The notes under the pieces were generated by a model. The model was not told where the DNA came from and searched no databases. It saw nothing but the letters and a program-made list of their open reading frames with translations. Of a DNA stretch of 64,000 nucleotides, positions 38,033 to 48,159 are shown piece after piece. The stretch's first letter is position 1, and the number at the start of each line of letters is the position of its first letter. The translations under genes were made by a program, and so were the position numbers. The stretch is from assembly GCA_001029755.1 (NCBI GenBank), contig CP011214.1, positions 200,595 to 264,594 on the forward strand, given 5' to 3'. This stretch comes from Candidatus Woesebacteria bacterium GW2011_GWF1_31_35 (GTDB lineage Bacteria; Patescibacteriota; Microgenomatia; UBA8517).

Positions 38033-38839
38033 TCAAGAGGTCAATCTAGATATAACTACTTTACTCCAATTGTTTGGATGAAATATTGCTTGTGTTGGAG
38101 TTACAACCTCTCTAGAAATTTTATTCTTCATATAAAGATACTGTAATTTAAAAGTTAATTTTTCTACAAAAGAGAATGTTTTAGACGATATCACTTTTTT
38201 AAATTTTAAATTTTTATTTAATTTAACTGCCTTTGGCCAATAATCTAATATCCATGAATTTCTATTTAATAATTTTTCATAAGTATTATCTTTATTTATG
38301 AGTGGTACTATTTGGGCTATTTCATGGGATGAATAGATATTTCTGTTTTCATTTTTCCAAACTAAATCCTCTTCATCTAACCACATATTAAGACATAATT
38401 TATCCCTCTGATTATTATCCTTAGGCTTTCTTACTTTAAAACCATAAATATTAATTAATAGATAACTAATAAGTCTTGTCGTCCAAAGAGTTTTATTTTT
38501 AGTAATAATCATTAAATCTATATCAGAACCTTTATCTGCATTGTTCATCGCAAGTGCTCCTGTTATAGCTACTAATTTAATTGTTGGAATTTTACCCAAA
38601 ACTAAATTTACTTTTTTTGCAATTTTAAATTTATTTTTTGAATACTTTTTTCTTTTTAATCTTTTTTTAATTATTTCTTCTCTCCCTTTTAAAAAATAGA
38701 AACTATTTTTTTCGACTATAACTTTTTTTGTTTTTATATTTTTACTTAACTTCCATTTTTTAAGTTCAAGAGGCGTCAATGGATAATCAAAAATGTCATG
38801 ATAAATTACTGAAGAGATTTCACTGGATCTTAATTCCAT
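38033..38839 (-). CDS. Pol-beta-superfamily nucleotidyltransferase domain protein
   Basis: GALAMNNADKGSDIDLMII matches the G[SG]...DxD nucleotidyltransferase motif. Confidence 0.45.
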   Translation of the reverse strand: MELRSSEISSVIYHDIFDYPLTPLELKKWKLSKNIKTKKVIVEKNSFYFLKGREEIIKKRLKRKKYSKNKFKIAKKVNLVLGKIPTIKLVAITGALAMNNADKGSDIDLMIITKNKTLWTTRLISYLLINIYGFKVRKPKDNNQRDKLCLNMWLDEEDLVWKNENRNIYSSHEIAQIVPLINKDNTYEKLLNRNSWILDYWPKAVKLNKNLKFKKVISSKTFSFVEKLTFKLQYLYMKNKISREVVTPTQAIFHPNNWSKVVISRLTS

Positions 38840-40190
38840 ACTGTGATAATACCTGAATTACACCAGAAGAAACAGTTTCTAAGGCTTTTTCAGGTTCCAT
38901 TCCAGTATTAACAGCATTTACTGCATCTTTAAAGTATTTATTAATTTGAGTATTTATTCCAGTTGGACCATCCCAAGTATTACTTTGTAAAAACCATGTT
39001 TGAGCAAACCTCCCTTGCATCACCGTTGATCCTATTATTGGATGATTTACTAATAGAGATTCCATATCAGTACGTGGATATGGTTCCCCAAATAATCTAG
39101 TTTTTGAGGCTTGGTTATAGAATTTTTCCAAAGACTCCTTGCTTGATATAAATTTCAAAAAGTCCCAAGCTACATCCTTTTTCTTACTCCTTGCCCAAAC
39201 ACCTTCCACCCAATATGATCCATAAGATACATCGGCTTCATTTGCAGATGTTTTAGGTAATTGAGGCACGGGAACAGTTCTAAATTTTAAATTTGGATTT
39301 TGTAATCTTATCTCAAATGCTCTCCAGCTTGGTCCAAAATACATAGCAGATTTTCCAGCTGCAAAAGAAACAGTAGATGAAGGTAGTGTTGCATCCCAAA
39401 CTCCATCAAATAAAGAAAATGTTGTAAAAAACTGCAAAGCATCTTCAGCAAGTTTCCCTGTTGGTCTTGCTAAATCTGCTCCATTTTGAAGCATCATCAA
39501 AGCTAATATTTCAGGCCAGTGGTCTACGTTTTCAGTTCTTCCTAGCGCAACTCCAGCTTGAGTAATTGTTCCATTTTGATCTTTAATTGTGAACTCTCGT
39601 GCAAGTTGTCTTAACTCATTCCAAGTCGTCGGAGGATTTTTTCCAGATTTTGTAAAAATTTCTTCATTTATATATAAAGAAAGTCCATCATATTCTAAAG
39701 GAATCCCAACAATTGATGGACCAACTGTTAAATCAGATGTGGCAACAGGATAAAATATTTGAGAAAATTCAGCAGCTGAATAAACAGTTACAGGCATTTT
39801 ATCTAACTCACTTTTAAACATTGGTACCCAACTATTATGAAATCTGAAAATATCAGGCCCAGTTCCCTTGGCAAGAGCGTTTGTAAGTCTTTCTCTATAA
39901 TCTTCCTTTGATTGTCTAACATACTTAATTTTTACCTTTGGATTTTTTGCTTGATACTCAGAGATAAGTGTCGAAACAGAGCTTTCATCTTCCCACATCC
40001 CCCACCAAATTACCTCGTTTGAAGATAGAATCGAAGATTTACCTGAAATTAAAAATTTAACTGCAAAAAAAACAGCAATTAAAGCTAACAAAATTCCGAT
40101 TACAATAAAAATTATTTTTTTTGAAAACTTTTTCTTAGGTTCAATAGTTGTTTGTGGAACTTGAATTTGTGGTGTCTGGTTCTCTTGCAT
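38820..40190 (-). CDS. ABC transporter extracellular solute-binding protein (family 1, sugar-type), membrane-anchored
   Basis: N-terminal TM anchor, then the roughly 400-aa two-lobed SBP pattern (WGMWEDESS...GPDIFRFHNSW...). Confidence 0.55.
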   Translation of the reverse strand: MQENQTPQIQVPQTTIEPKKKFSKKIIFIVIGILLALIAVFFAVKFLISGKSSILSSNEVIWWGMWEDESSVSTLISEYQAKNPKVKIKYVRQSKEDYRERLTNALAKGTGPDIFRFHNSWVPMFKSELDKMPVTVYSAAEFSQIFYPVATSDLTVGPSIVGIPLEYDGLSLYINEEIFTKSGKNPPTTWNELRQLAREFTIKDQNGTITQAGVALGRTENVDHWPEILALMMLQNGADLARPTGKLAEDALQFFTTFSLFDGVWDATLPSSTVSFAAGKSAMYFGPSWRAFEIRLQNPNLKFRTVPVPQLPKTSANEADVSYGSYWVEGVWARSKKKDVAWDFLKFISSKESLEKFYNQASKTRLFGEPYPRTDMESLLVNHPIIGSTVMQGRFAQTWFLQSNTWDGPTGINTQINKYFKDAVNAVNTGMEPEKALETVSSGVIQVLSQYGIKIQ

Positions 40191-40215
40191 ATACCTTTAA
40201 TGTTATCATACAACT

Positions 40216-41988
40216 ATGGCCAAACTAAAGAAACAGAAAAGACTTAAAAAGATATTTTTATTAGTGTTTGTTCCATTATTTTTTATAAGTCTATTAATTG
40301 CAATAATTTTTATTCCTTTTAATAAAAGGGTTTTTCCAAATATTTTTGTTGCAGGTCAATATGTTGGAGATAAAAGCAAAAGCGACGCAGTTAGTATATT
40401 AGAGAAAAATATATTAGTTCCAGACAAAATTAATCTTTACGTTAAAGGAACTAAATATGAAATATTAACATCTGAAATTTCTCTTGAACTAGATTATCCA
40501 AAAACAGTTGATAGGGCATATAACTATTCAAATTCAGGTAACCTTATAAATGACCTAATTACTAAAATTAAACTAATAATTAAACCTGTCAATTTAAGTT
40601 TAACTTTAAAACTAGATGAAGATAAATTATTAGAATCACTTCTTATCATTTCAGATAAGGTTGGAACAAAACCAATTAAATCTTCTGTAACAATTATTAA
40701 CAACGAAGTAATTGCTGATCCTGGAAAAAATGGGGTTGAAGTAGATATTCAAAAATTAAGATCTGATATAGGGAAAGTATTTTCTTTGTCACTAGATAAT
40801 AATATTCAAGTTGATTTAAAAGAAGTAAACTCTTCTCTTAATACATTTGAATTGGAAAATTACAAATCAAAAGCTATTAAACTAATTGGTAAAAAAATTG
40901 AACTAAAAATTACCAACAGTAATCCTGGCGATACGTTTGAAAACATAACTCTAAAAGATACTACTTTAGTATCTTTTCTTGACGCAAAAAAAGATTTTGA
41001 TGAAGAAGTAATAATCGAAGAAATAATGAAGGTCTCCAGAACTATTAATAGAAATCCTCAAGATTCAGTATTTATTGTTGAGAATGAGAAAGTATCTGAA
41101 TTTATTCCATCAAAAGATGGTATTACGGTTGATGAAAAAAAATTATTAGAGGAAATAAAACAAAAAACGATTGATCTTGAAACAGGAACAGAAACTACAG
41201 TAGTTATCGATATTCCAATTGCTAAATCAGAAGCAAAAATTAAAAATGAGGATGTCAATAATTTAGGTATTAAGACTCTTTTGGGTAAAGGTGTGTCTCA
41301 CTTTAGAGGTTCAATTACAAACAGAATTTATAATGTAAACTTAGCATCATCAAAATTTAAAGGAATCCTGGTTCCTCCAGGGGAAACATTTTCTTTTAAT
41401 AATGTATTAGGTGATGTATCAGCTTACACAGGATATAAAGCTGCTTATGTTATTAAAGATGGTAGAACTGTTTTAGGTGATGGTGGTGGAGTTTGTCAAG
41501 TTTCAACAACACTTTTTAGAGCCCTTCTTGCAGCTGGCTTGCCAATAATTGAAAGGAAACCGCATTCATATAGAGTCGGATATTATGAGCAGGGATTTCC
41601 ACCAGGTCTTGACGCAACAGTTTATGCTCCAACAGCAGACCTTAAATTTCTAAATGACACGCCAGCCTACATTTTAATACAATCGTCAATTGATAATCCT
41701 AGTTTTACTTTAACTTTTGAAGTATATGGCACTAGTGATGGAAGGGTTGCAACAACATCAAAACCAATAATTGCATCATCAACTGCTCCAGCAGAAGATC
41801 TTTATGTTGACGACCCAACGCTCCCTCTTGGAATAATTAAGCAAATAGAACATAAGGCTTGGGGTGCAAAAGTAATTTTTGATTATAAAGTAGTAAGAAA
41901 TGGAGAAACATTAATTGATCAAAAATTTATAAGTAACTATAGACCTTGGCAAGCTGTTTATTTAAGAGGCACTGGTGTTGTCAATTAA
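40216..41988 (+). CDS. VanW-family protein
   Basis: C-terminal VanW signature VLGDGGGVCQVSTTLFRALLAAGLPIIERKPHSYRV; N-terminal TM and repeat domains. Confidence 0.7.
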   Translation: MAKLKKQKRLKKIFLLVFVPLFFISLLIAIIFIPFNKRVFPNIFVAGQYVGDKSKSDAVSILEKNILVPDKINLYVKGTKYEILTSEISLELDYPKTVDRAYNYSNSGNLINDLITKIKLIIKPVNLSLTLKLDEDKLLESLLIISDKVGTKPIKSSVTIINNEVIADPGKNGVEVDIQKLRSDIGKVFSLSLDNNIQVDLKEVNSSLNTFELENYKSKAIKLIGKKIELKITNSNPGDTFENITLKDTTLVSFLDAKKDFDEEVIIEEIMKVSRTINRNPQDSVFIVENEKVSEFIPSKDGITVDEKKLLEEIKQKTIDLETGTETTVVIDIPIAKSEAKIKNEDVNNLGIKTLLGKGVSHFRGSITNRIYNVNLASSKFKGILVPPGETFSFNNVLGDVSAYTGYKAAYVIKDGRTVLGDGGGVCQVSTTLFRALLAAGLPIIERKPHSYRVGYYEQGFPPGLDATVYAPTADLKFLNDTPAYILIQSSIDNPSFTLTFEVYGTSDGRVATTSKPIIASSTAPAEDLYVDDPTLPLGIIKQIEHKAWGAKVIFDYKVVRNGETLIDQKFISNYRPWQAVYLRGTGVVN

Positions 41989-42210
41989 TTTTGGTTTTTT
42001 GCCTTTTTTGAGAAATTCCACAATTTCTTCATTAGTAAATTTATTATCAAAACGTATTATTATTGGCGGTCGATTTACATTAAAAGTATGAGTAGGTTTT
42101 AAACTATACCAAATTTCGAGTTCTTTCATTCCATCAAAATTTGGATCAACTAATCTAGAATTTGCCAGTTTTTTGGAAAATGATTCCGGCATATTGGTAT
42201 AATACTATAA

Positions 42211-42849
42211 ATGGAGTTGGTAAACCTACTAAATATCATTTCAGTAATTTTTGAAAAATGGGGCATTTTAATTATTTTTTTTGGATCTTTAATAGAGATT
42301 ACCCCTTTTGGTTGGGCCGTTCCTGGAGGAGTAATTTTAGCAGTTGCAGGTTTTCTTTCAAATAATAATCAAAATTTATCAATTATTCCAATTATTATGA
42401 CTGGAACATTTGGAGCCTGGATAGCTTTGATGCTTGCCTATATCTTTGGATTAAAATCTGGCATGTGGTTAGTTAAAAAACTTCATCAAGAAAATAATGC
42501 AAGGTTTGCAAAATCATTATTACAAAAAAATGGAGGTGTAATACTTACAACCTCAATGCTAGCTAACTTAACCAGGTTTTGGATTTCATATATCGCTGGA
42601 GTTGAAAAATATAGTTTTCTAAAATTTAATATTTATGCTTTCTTAGCTTCATTAGGGTGGGTTTCTGTAATGACACTTTTGGGATTTTTTGCAGGTTACG
42701 AAAAAGAAAATTTGATAAATATTACAAAAAGTATTGGGATAATAACTTGGATATTACTTTTAATTGCTATTTTTGTAATTTATAAAGCTATCAAAAAAGA
42801 ATATAAACACTTCAAAAAAGACCTTCCTCATGATGAAATAGTCAAATAA
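42211..42849 (+). CDS. DedA/SNARE-associated family membrane protein
   Basis: Polytopic; LIEITPFGWAVPGGVIL resembles the DedA re-entrant loop motif. Confidence 0.5.
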   Translation: MELVNLLNIISVIFEKWGILIIFFGSLIEITPFGWAVPGGVILAVAGFLSNNNQNLSIIPIIMTGTFGAWIALMLAYIFGLKSGMWLVKKLHQENNARFAKSLLQKNGGVILTTSMLANLTRFWISYIAGVEKYSFLKFNIYAFLASLGWVSVMTLLGFFAGYEKENLINITKSIGIITWILLLIAIFVIYKAIKKEYKHFKKDLPHDEIVK

Positions 42850-42850
42850 T

Positions 42851-43023
42851 TATTTTTGACGAATTCCTGTACAACCACATTCCCCTTCTTTATTAATTAA
42901 CACACAACCTGGAGGACAAGCATTTATCTTGACATTTATTACTAACCAAAATATTAAATAAATTACTAAAATTACAAAGACTGATGCTAAAAAATATTTG
43001 TATATTTTTCTAGACTTGCTCAT
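42851..43023 (-). CDS. Unannotated 57-aa single-TM Cys-containing peptide
   Basis: Minus-strand ORF MSKSRKIYKYFLASVFVILVIYLIFWLVINVKINACPPGCVLINKEGECGCTGIRQK. It is below the ORF-track cutoff and weakly supported. Confidence 0.2.
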
Positions 43024-43038
43024 GTGTAAAATTATATC

Positions 43039-44130
43039 ATGAATGATAAAATACCCATTGTAATGAAAATAATTAAAGAAAATAAAAAAGCAACTAATAT
43101 TGTAGTTAAATCCCTATCTGAAGGAAAGCTTGTTTTTATGGCTTCAGAAACTGTTTATATTGCTGCAGTTGATGCTACAAATTTAGAAGCTGTAAAAAAG
43201 TTGGTTTTATTTAAAAACAGACCCTTTGGAAAACCTTTTTCAATTGGAGTAATTGATATTAGTATGGCAAAGAATTATGTAGAAATTAACAACACAGCAA
43301 ATAAAATTTATAAAAGGTTTTTACCAGGTCCTGTAACTGTTATTTCCAAAGGAAAACATAAAGTAGCTAGTGGAGTTGAGGCGGAAAATGGAACTTTAGG
43401 AATAAGGATTCCAGATTATAAATTTTTTCAAGAAGTAATTAAAAAATTTAAAAAACCCATTACAACAACTTCTGCTAATGCTTCTTATCAAAAGCGTCCT
43501 TATAAATTAACTGATATTTTAGATAATATTTCTGAAAAACAAAAAGGGTTAATTGATTTAATGATTGATGCTGGTGAATTACCCCATAATGAACCATCAA
43601 CAGTAATTGACACAACAATCGATGATACACCTATAGTTCTAAGACAAGGGGATATTAAATTAAAGGATAAAAATGAAATACTATCAAGAAGTGAAGAAAA
43701 TACACAAAATTTAGCCAAAGAACTTTGGCAAAAATATGAGGATTTCAAAGGTAAACGCGCACTTATATTTGCACTTGAAGGAAAAATGGGAGTTGGCAAA
43801 ACCCAGTTTGTAAAAGGACTAGCGAGAGCCATGGGAATTGATGAAATAATAACTTCCCCGTCATATGACCTTGAGTATGTTTATGAATCAAAAATTAAAA
43901 AAAATAAACTAGTACATATGGATACATGGAGGATGATAAACCCAACAGAAGAAATTATAAATTTAGATACAAAAAAACTTATAAACGATAAATCTATTAT
44001 TGCAATTGAATGGGCTGATAGGATAGTTGATACAATCCGTACTTTTGCTGAGGATGCAATAGTAGTTTGGGTAAAAATTAATTATGGAAATAACACTAAC
44101 GATCGCATAATTAGTTGGGGGGTTATATAA
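43039..44130 (+). CDS. Fused TsaC/YrdC (threonylcarbamoyl-AMP synthase) and TsaE (YjeE P-loop ATPase) protein
   Basis: The N-terminal roughly 200 aa show YrdC blocks (ETVYIAAVDATNLEAVKKL, LPGPVTVI, TLGIRIPD, TTSANASYQ). The C-terminal roughly 150 aa show TsaE blocks (LEGKMGVGKTQFVKGLARAMGI, SPSYDLEYVY, LVHMDTWRM, IAIEW). Confidence 0.7.
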   Translation: MNDKIPIVMKIIKENKKATNIVVKSLSEGKLVFMASETVYIAAVDATNLEAVKKLVLFKNRPFGKPFSIGVIDISMAKNYVEINNTANKIYKRFLPGPVTVISKGKHKVASGVEAENGTLGIRIPDYKFFQEVIKKFKKPITTTSANASYQKRPYKLTDILDNISEKQKGLIDLMIDAGELPHNEPSTVIDTTIDDTPIVLRQGDIKLKDKNEILSRSEENTQNLAKELWQKYEDFKGKRALIFALEGKMGVGKTQFVKGLARAMGIDEIITSPSYDLEYVYESKIKKNKLVHMDTWRMINPTEEIINLDTKKLINDKSIIAIEWADRIVDTIRTFAEDAIVVWVKINYGNNTNDRIISWGVI

Positions 44131-44131
44131 A

Positions 44132-45190
44132 TTGATAATTTTAAGCCTTGATACATCTTGCGACGAGACTGCTGTTGCCATAACCTGTAATACGAAAGTT
44201 CTTTCGAATGCGGTTTGGAGTCAAATTTCGCTTCATTCCAAGTTTGGTGGAGTAATGCCATCTCTTGCTCAAAGAGCTCACGAAGAAAGAATTGATTTTA
44301 TTACTAATAAAGCCATTAAAAAATCTGGAATTAATATTAAAGACGTTGATGCAATTGCTGTTACTATTGGTCCAGGCCTAGCAATTGCCTTAGGAGTAGG
44401 TATTAATAAAGCTAAAAAGTTAGCTAAACAATACAATAAACCATTAATCCCAATTAACCACGTTGAAGCCCATCTTTTAAGTTCCTTTGCAACTTCTTCA
44501 CCTAATACTATTCTAAAAATTTCATTTCCTGCATTAGGGCTTGTTATCTCAGGTGGAACCACTGAGCTCATTCTAATTAATGATATTGGTAAATATGAAG
44601 TACTGGCAGAAACAGTAGATGATGCTCTAGGAGAAGCACTTGATAAAGCAGCAAGACTATTAGGATTTGGTTACCCTGGTGGAGCAATATTAGAAAAAAT
44701 TGCTAAAAATGGGAAAGTTACTAAATATTCACTCCCCTTGCCTTTAGTTAATGATAAAGAAAAAAATAGATTTAGTTATTCTGGGTTAAAAACTGCTTTT
44801 GTGAGACTTTACGAAAAGGAAAAGAAATTAAATAAACAAGATATCTCCGATCTTGCAAGTACTTTTCAAGATACAGCTTTTGAACACATTATTAATGTTT
44901 TGAAATATCAGATAATAAAAATTCAAAATCAAAAAATCGATATTAAAGATTTACTATTAGGAGGAGGGGTTGCTAATAATGTTGTCATCAAAAATAAACT
45001 AAGAAAATTATGTAGAGAAAAAAATTTAAAACTGCATATTCCTTATACTAAAAAACTTAATGAAGATAATGCAGCAATGATTGGAGTATGTGCTTACTTA
45101 AAAACAAAAGATGAGAGCCTAATAAAATATCTGAAATTTGAAAGAGTTGATAGAAATCCAAAACTTAATTTGAGGGACAAAAGTTCTTAA
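44132..45190 (+). CDS. tsaD: tRNA N6-threonylcarbamoyladenosine synthase TsaD (Kae1/Gcp family)
   Basis: LSLDTSCDETAVAI N-terminus, metal-binding INHVEAHL, GGGVANN block. Its start is adjacent to the tsaC-tsaE fusion. Confidence 0.75.
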   Translation: MIILSLDTSCDETAVAITCNTKVLSNAVWSQISLHSKFGGVMPSLAQRAHEERIDFITNKAIKKSGINIKDVDAIAVTIGPGLAIALGVGINKAKKLAKQYNKPLIPINHVEAHLLSSFATSSPNTILKISFPALGLVISGGTTELILINDIGKYEVLAETVDDALGEALDKAARLLGFGYPGGAILEKIAKNGKVTKYSLPLPLVNDKEKNRFSYSGLKTAFVRLYEKEKKLNKQDISDLASTFQDTAFEHIINVLKYQIIKIQNQKIDIKDLLLGGGVANNVVIKNKLRKLCREKNLKLHIPYTKKLNEDNAAMIGVCAYLKTKDESLIKYLKFERVDRNPKLNLRDKSS

Positions 45191-45425
45191 TAACACATAT
45201 CTTACAATTGTTTGTATTTGAGGATAAACAAACTTCACTAATCATTACTCCATTTTTTGAATGTCTCAAAGGATCTGAACCAACAAAAACTAACCTTTCT
45301 CCTGACCCAAGATTTAGGTTTGAGGAAGATCTTTCTATAATTGTAGGACTGAATTTTTCTTGCATAAGTGGGTATATTAACTTTTTTGTCTGCAAAATGC
45401 AAATTAGGATGCTACAATAATAGGC

Positions 45426-47621
45426 ATGGAGCCACAATACGATCATAATAAATATGAAGGGGAAATATACAACTTATGGGAAAAGTCTGAAAGTTTTAAA
45501 CCTTCTTTAAAGGGAGAGCCGTATACAATATTGATGCCTCCACCAAATGCTAACGCCTCACTACATGCCGGTCACGCAATGTACACAGTTGATGATATTT
45601 TAATTCGTTTTAAAAGGATGCGGGGTTATTCAACTTCTTGGATACCAGGAATGGACCATGCGGGTTTTGAAACACAATTTGTATATGAAAAACATTTAGC
45701 TAAAGATAATAAGTCTAGAATGGATTTTGACAGAGAAACACTTTACAAAAACATTTTTGATTTCGTCAAAGAAAATTCAGGACTTATTTACAAACAATTC
45801 AAAAGACTAGGGTTTTCAGCTGATTGGAGTAAAAGTATTTTTACACTTGATGATAATGTTGTTAAGTATGTTAATAAAACCTTTGAGAAAATGGAGAAGG
45901 AAGGTTTGGTTTATAGAGACAGTTATATTGTTAATTTTTGTACTCACTGTGGAACATCTCTCGCGGAACTTGAAGTAAAACACGTAGAAAGAATCGATCC
46001 TCTTTATTATATTAAATATGGTCCATTCGTACTGGCAACAGTCAGACCTGAAACAAAATTTGGCGATACTGCTGTGGCGGTTCACCCAAATGACCAAAGG
46101 TATAAAAATTTTATCGGTAAAGAAATTGAGGTCGAAGGACTGCTTGGTAAATTTACTCTTAAAGTTGTTGCAGATAAAGCAGTTGATCCAGAATTTGGAA
46201 CAGGGGTTGTAAAAGTTACTCCAGGACATGACCCAGTAGATTGGGAAATCGGAAAAAGACATAATCTTGAAATAAAAAGTGTCATAGATTTAAGAGGAAA
46301 ATTAACTTCTTTAGCTGGAAAATATGAAGGTCTAAACGTAAAAGATGCAAGGATAAAAGTAGCTGAGGATCTTCAAAAAATCAATTTAATTGAAAAAATT
46401 GATAAAAATTATCTTCACAGTGTTATTACTTGTTATAAGTGCGGAAGGGATTTAGAACCTTTAACTGTTCCAAATTGGTTTATAAAAGTTAAGGATCTAA
46501 AAAATGAAGTTAAAAAAGTAGTTGAAAATGAAAAAATAAAATTTTATCCTAAAAGATTTAAAAAACATATGTTAGCTTGGCTTAGCGTTATGCATGATTG
46601 GCCAATCAGTCGTCAAATTGTTTGGGGTATTAGAATTCCTGTTTGGTATGATATTGACAAAAATAAAGACATTATCGTCTCATTTATAGACAAACGTGGT
46701 AATAAAAAATTTGGAAATATACACGATTTTGATTTTTCAGAAGTTGAAAAAGGTCTTCAAACAGTAAGGGCTTCAGTTAATTCTAATTATATAATTAGTA
46801 CTACAAAACCTAACGGTAAATTTTTGCCAGAAACAGATACGTTTGATACTTGGTTTTCATCGGGACAGTGGCCACTTGTTGTAATTCCTGAAAACGAATT
46901 AAGTTCTCGTTTCCCTACTGATTTTATCGGAACTCTATCAGATATATTAAAATTCTGGATTTCAAGAATGATAATGTTTTCAATCTATCTTAAAAAAGAT
47001 ATTCCTTTTAAAGATGTATACCTTTGGAGTATGGTTGCAGATTCTAAGGGAATGAAAATGAGTAAATCTAAAGGTAATGTTATTAGCCCAATTGATTTAA
47101 TTGATAAATACGGCGCAGATTCCTTAAGAATGTCTTTAATTTATGGAACTCCCGCGGGAAGTAAGGTAATTTTATCTGACGAAAAAGTAAAAGCTATGAG
47201 AAACTTTTCTAATAAAATATGGAATTTAGGAAGATATTTACAACTTTCTTTTGAAAAAAATAAAGAAATTTCGTTTGAAAAACCAAAATCTATAGAAAAG
47301 GAAGATGAAAAAATAATTAGAGAATTAGACACATTAACTTTAAGTGTCACCAAATCATTAGATAAATATAATCTAAATACAGCACTTGAAAATATTTATG
47401 AATTCGCTTGGCATAATTTCGCTGACATTTATATAGAAAGAACAAAAGAAAGAATTGAAAACAAAAACATTAGTGGATTATATACTTTAAAACATGTTTA
47501 TCTCACAATTCTTAAACTTCTTCATCCTTTTGCCCCGTTTGTTACCGAAGCTGTTTGGTTAGAACTAAGATATTTAAAAGACTCTAATAAAAATTTAATT
47601 AATACTTCTTGGCCTTTATAA
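45426..47621 (+). CDS. valS: Valyl-tRNA synthetase (short, no C-terminal coiled coil)
   Basis: PPPNANASLHAGHAM (HIGH), GFSADWSKSIFTLDD, GLVYRD, VNFCTHCGT, RPETKFGDTAVAVHPNDQRY, KMSKSKGN. Confidence 0.85.
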   Translation: MEPQYDHNKYEGEIYNLWEKSESFKPSLKGEPYTILMPPPNANASLHAGHAMYTVDDILIRFKRMRGYSTSWIPGMDHAGFETQFVYEKHLAKDNKSRMDFDRETLYKNIFDFVKENSGLIYKQFKRLGFSADWSKSIFTLDDNVVKYVNKTFEKMEKEGLVYRDSYIVNFCTHCGTSLAELEVKHVERIDPLYYIKYGPFVLATVRPETKFGDTAVAVHPNDQRYKNFIGKEIEVEGLLGKFTLKVVADKAVDPEFGTGVVKVTPGHDPVDWEIGKRHNLEIKSVIDLRGKLTSLAGKYEGLNVKDARIKVAEDLQKINLIEKIDKNYLHSVITCYKCGRDLEPLTVPNWFIKVKDLKNEVKKVVENEKIKFYPKRFKKHMLAWLSVMHDWPISRQIVWGIRIPVWYDIDKNKDIIVSFIDKRGNKKFGNIHDFDFSEVEKGLQTVRASVNSNYIISTTKPNGKFLPETDTFDTWFSSGQWPLVVIPENELSSRFPTDFIGTLSDILKFWISRMIMFSIYLKKDIPFKDVYLWSMVADSKGMKMSKSKGNVISPIDLIDKYGADSLRMSLIYGTPAGSKVILSDEKVKAMRNFSNKIWNLGRYLQLSFEKNKEISFEKPKSIEKEDEKIIRELDTLTLSVTKSLDKYNLNTALENIYEFAWHNFADIYIERTKERIENKNISGLYTLKHVYLTILKLLHPFAPFVTEAVWLELRYLKDSNKNLINTSWPL

Positions 47622-47672
47622 AACCTTCTTGTCATAATTATTAAAATAGCCTAATCTTAATTTATATTAAAT

Positions 47673-47954
47673 ATGATAAAGAAGAAAAATTATAATAAGG
47701 ATTTTTATTATTTTTTATATATTACTTTTGCAGTATTAATTATTTTACTTTCAATTTTTAACCTACAAAATATTTCTCAGAAAAAAAATAAAGTCCTTGG
47801 AGCAACAACAGTAATAAGTAAAATTGAATTAGAAAATGAAAAATTCTTTTGGGAGGAGTTTCAAAAAATAAACCCAACTTATATAGACGGATGGATAGAG
47901 TTAGGAAGATTAGATAAAGTTAAAGAAATTGATCCAAACTATTTTATTTATTAA
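47673..47954 (+). CDS. Hypothetical small membrane protein
   Basis: 93 aa with an N-terminal TM helix. Confidence 0.3.
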   Translation: MIKKKNYNKDFYYFLYITFAVLIILLSIFNLQNISQKKNKVLGATTVISKIELENEKFFWEEFQKINPTYIDGWIELGRLDKVKEIDPNYFIY

Positions 47955-48159
47955 TTCCTTCATCAATAAATTTATCAATTAAATTATCAAAAAGAGATTG
48001 TATCTTAAAAGGAGTTTTATTAATCCCCTTTTGAACTATATTGGAAATAATTTCTAATAACTTTCTTTCTTTTTGTAAAGAGAATACAAATTTATCTGAA
48101 TCAACTGGACTACCATCTTCCATAAAATCTAATTCTGGTGACATATTTTTTTACTAATT

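Noticed and set aside
41962-42192. 76-aa minus-strand ORF between the VanW gene and the DedA gene as a real gene
   Set aside because: It overlaps the 3' end of the VanW-family gene and has no motifs; it is probably spurious, though the 3' non-overlapping part cannot be excluded.
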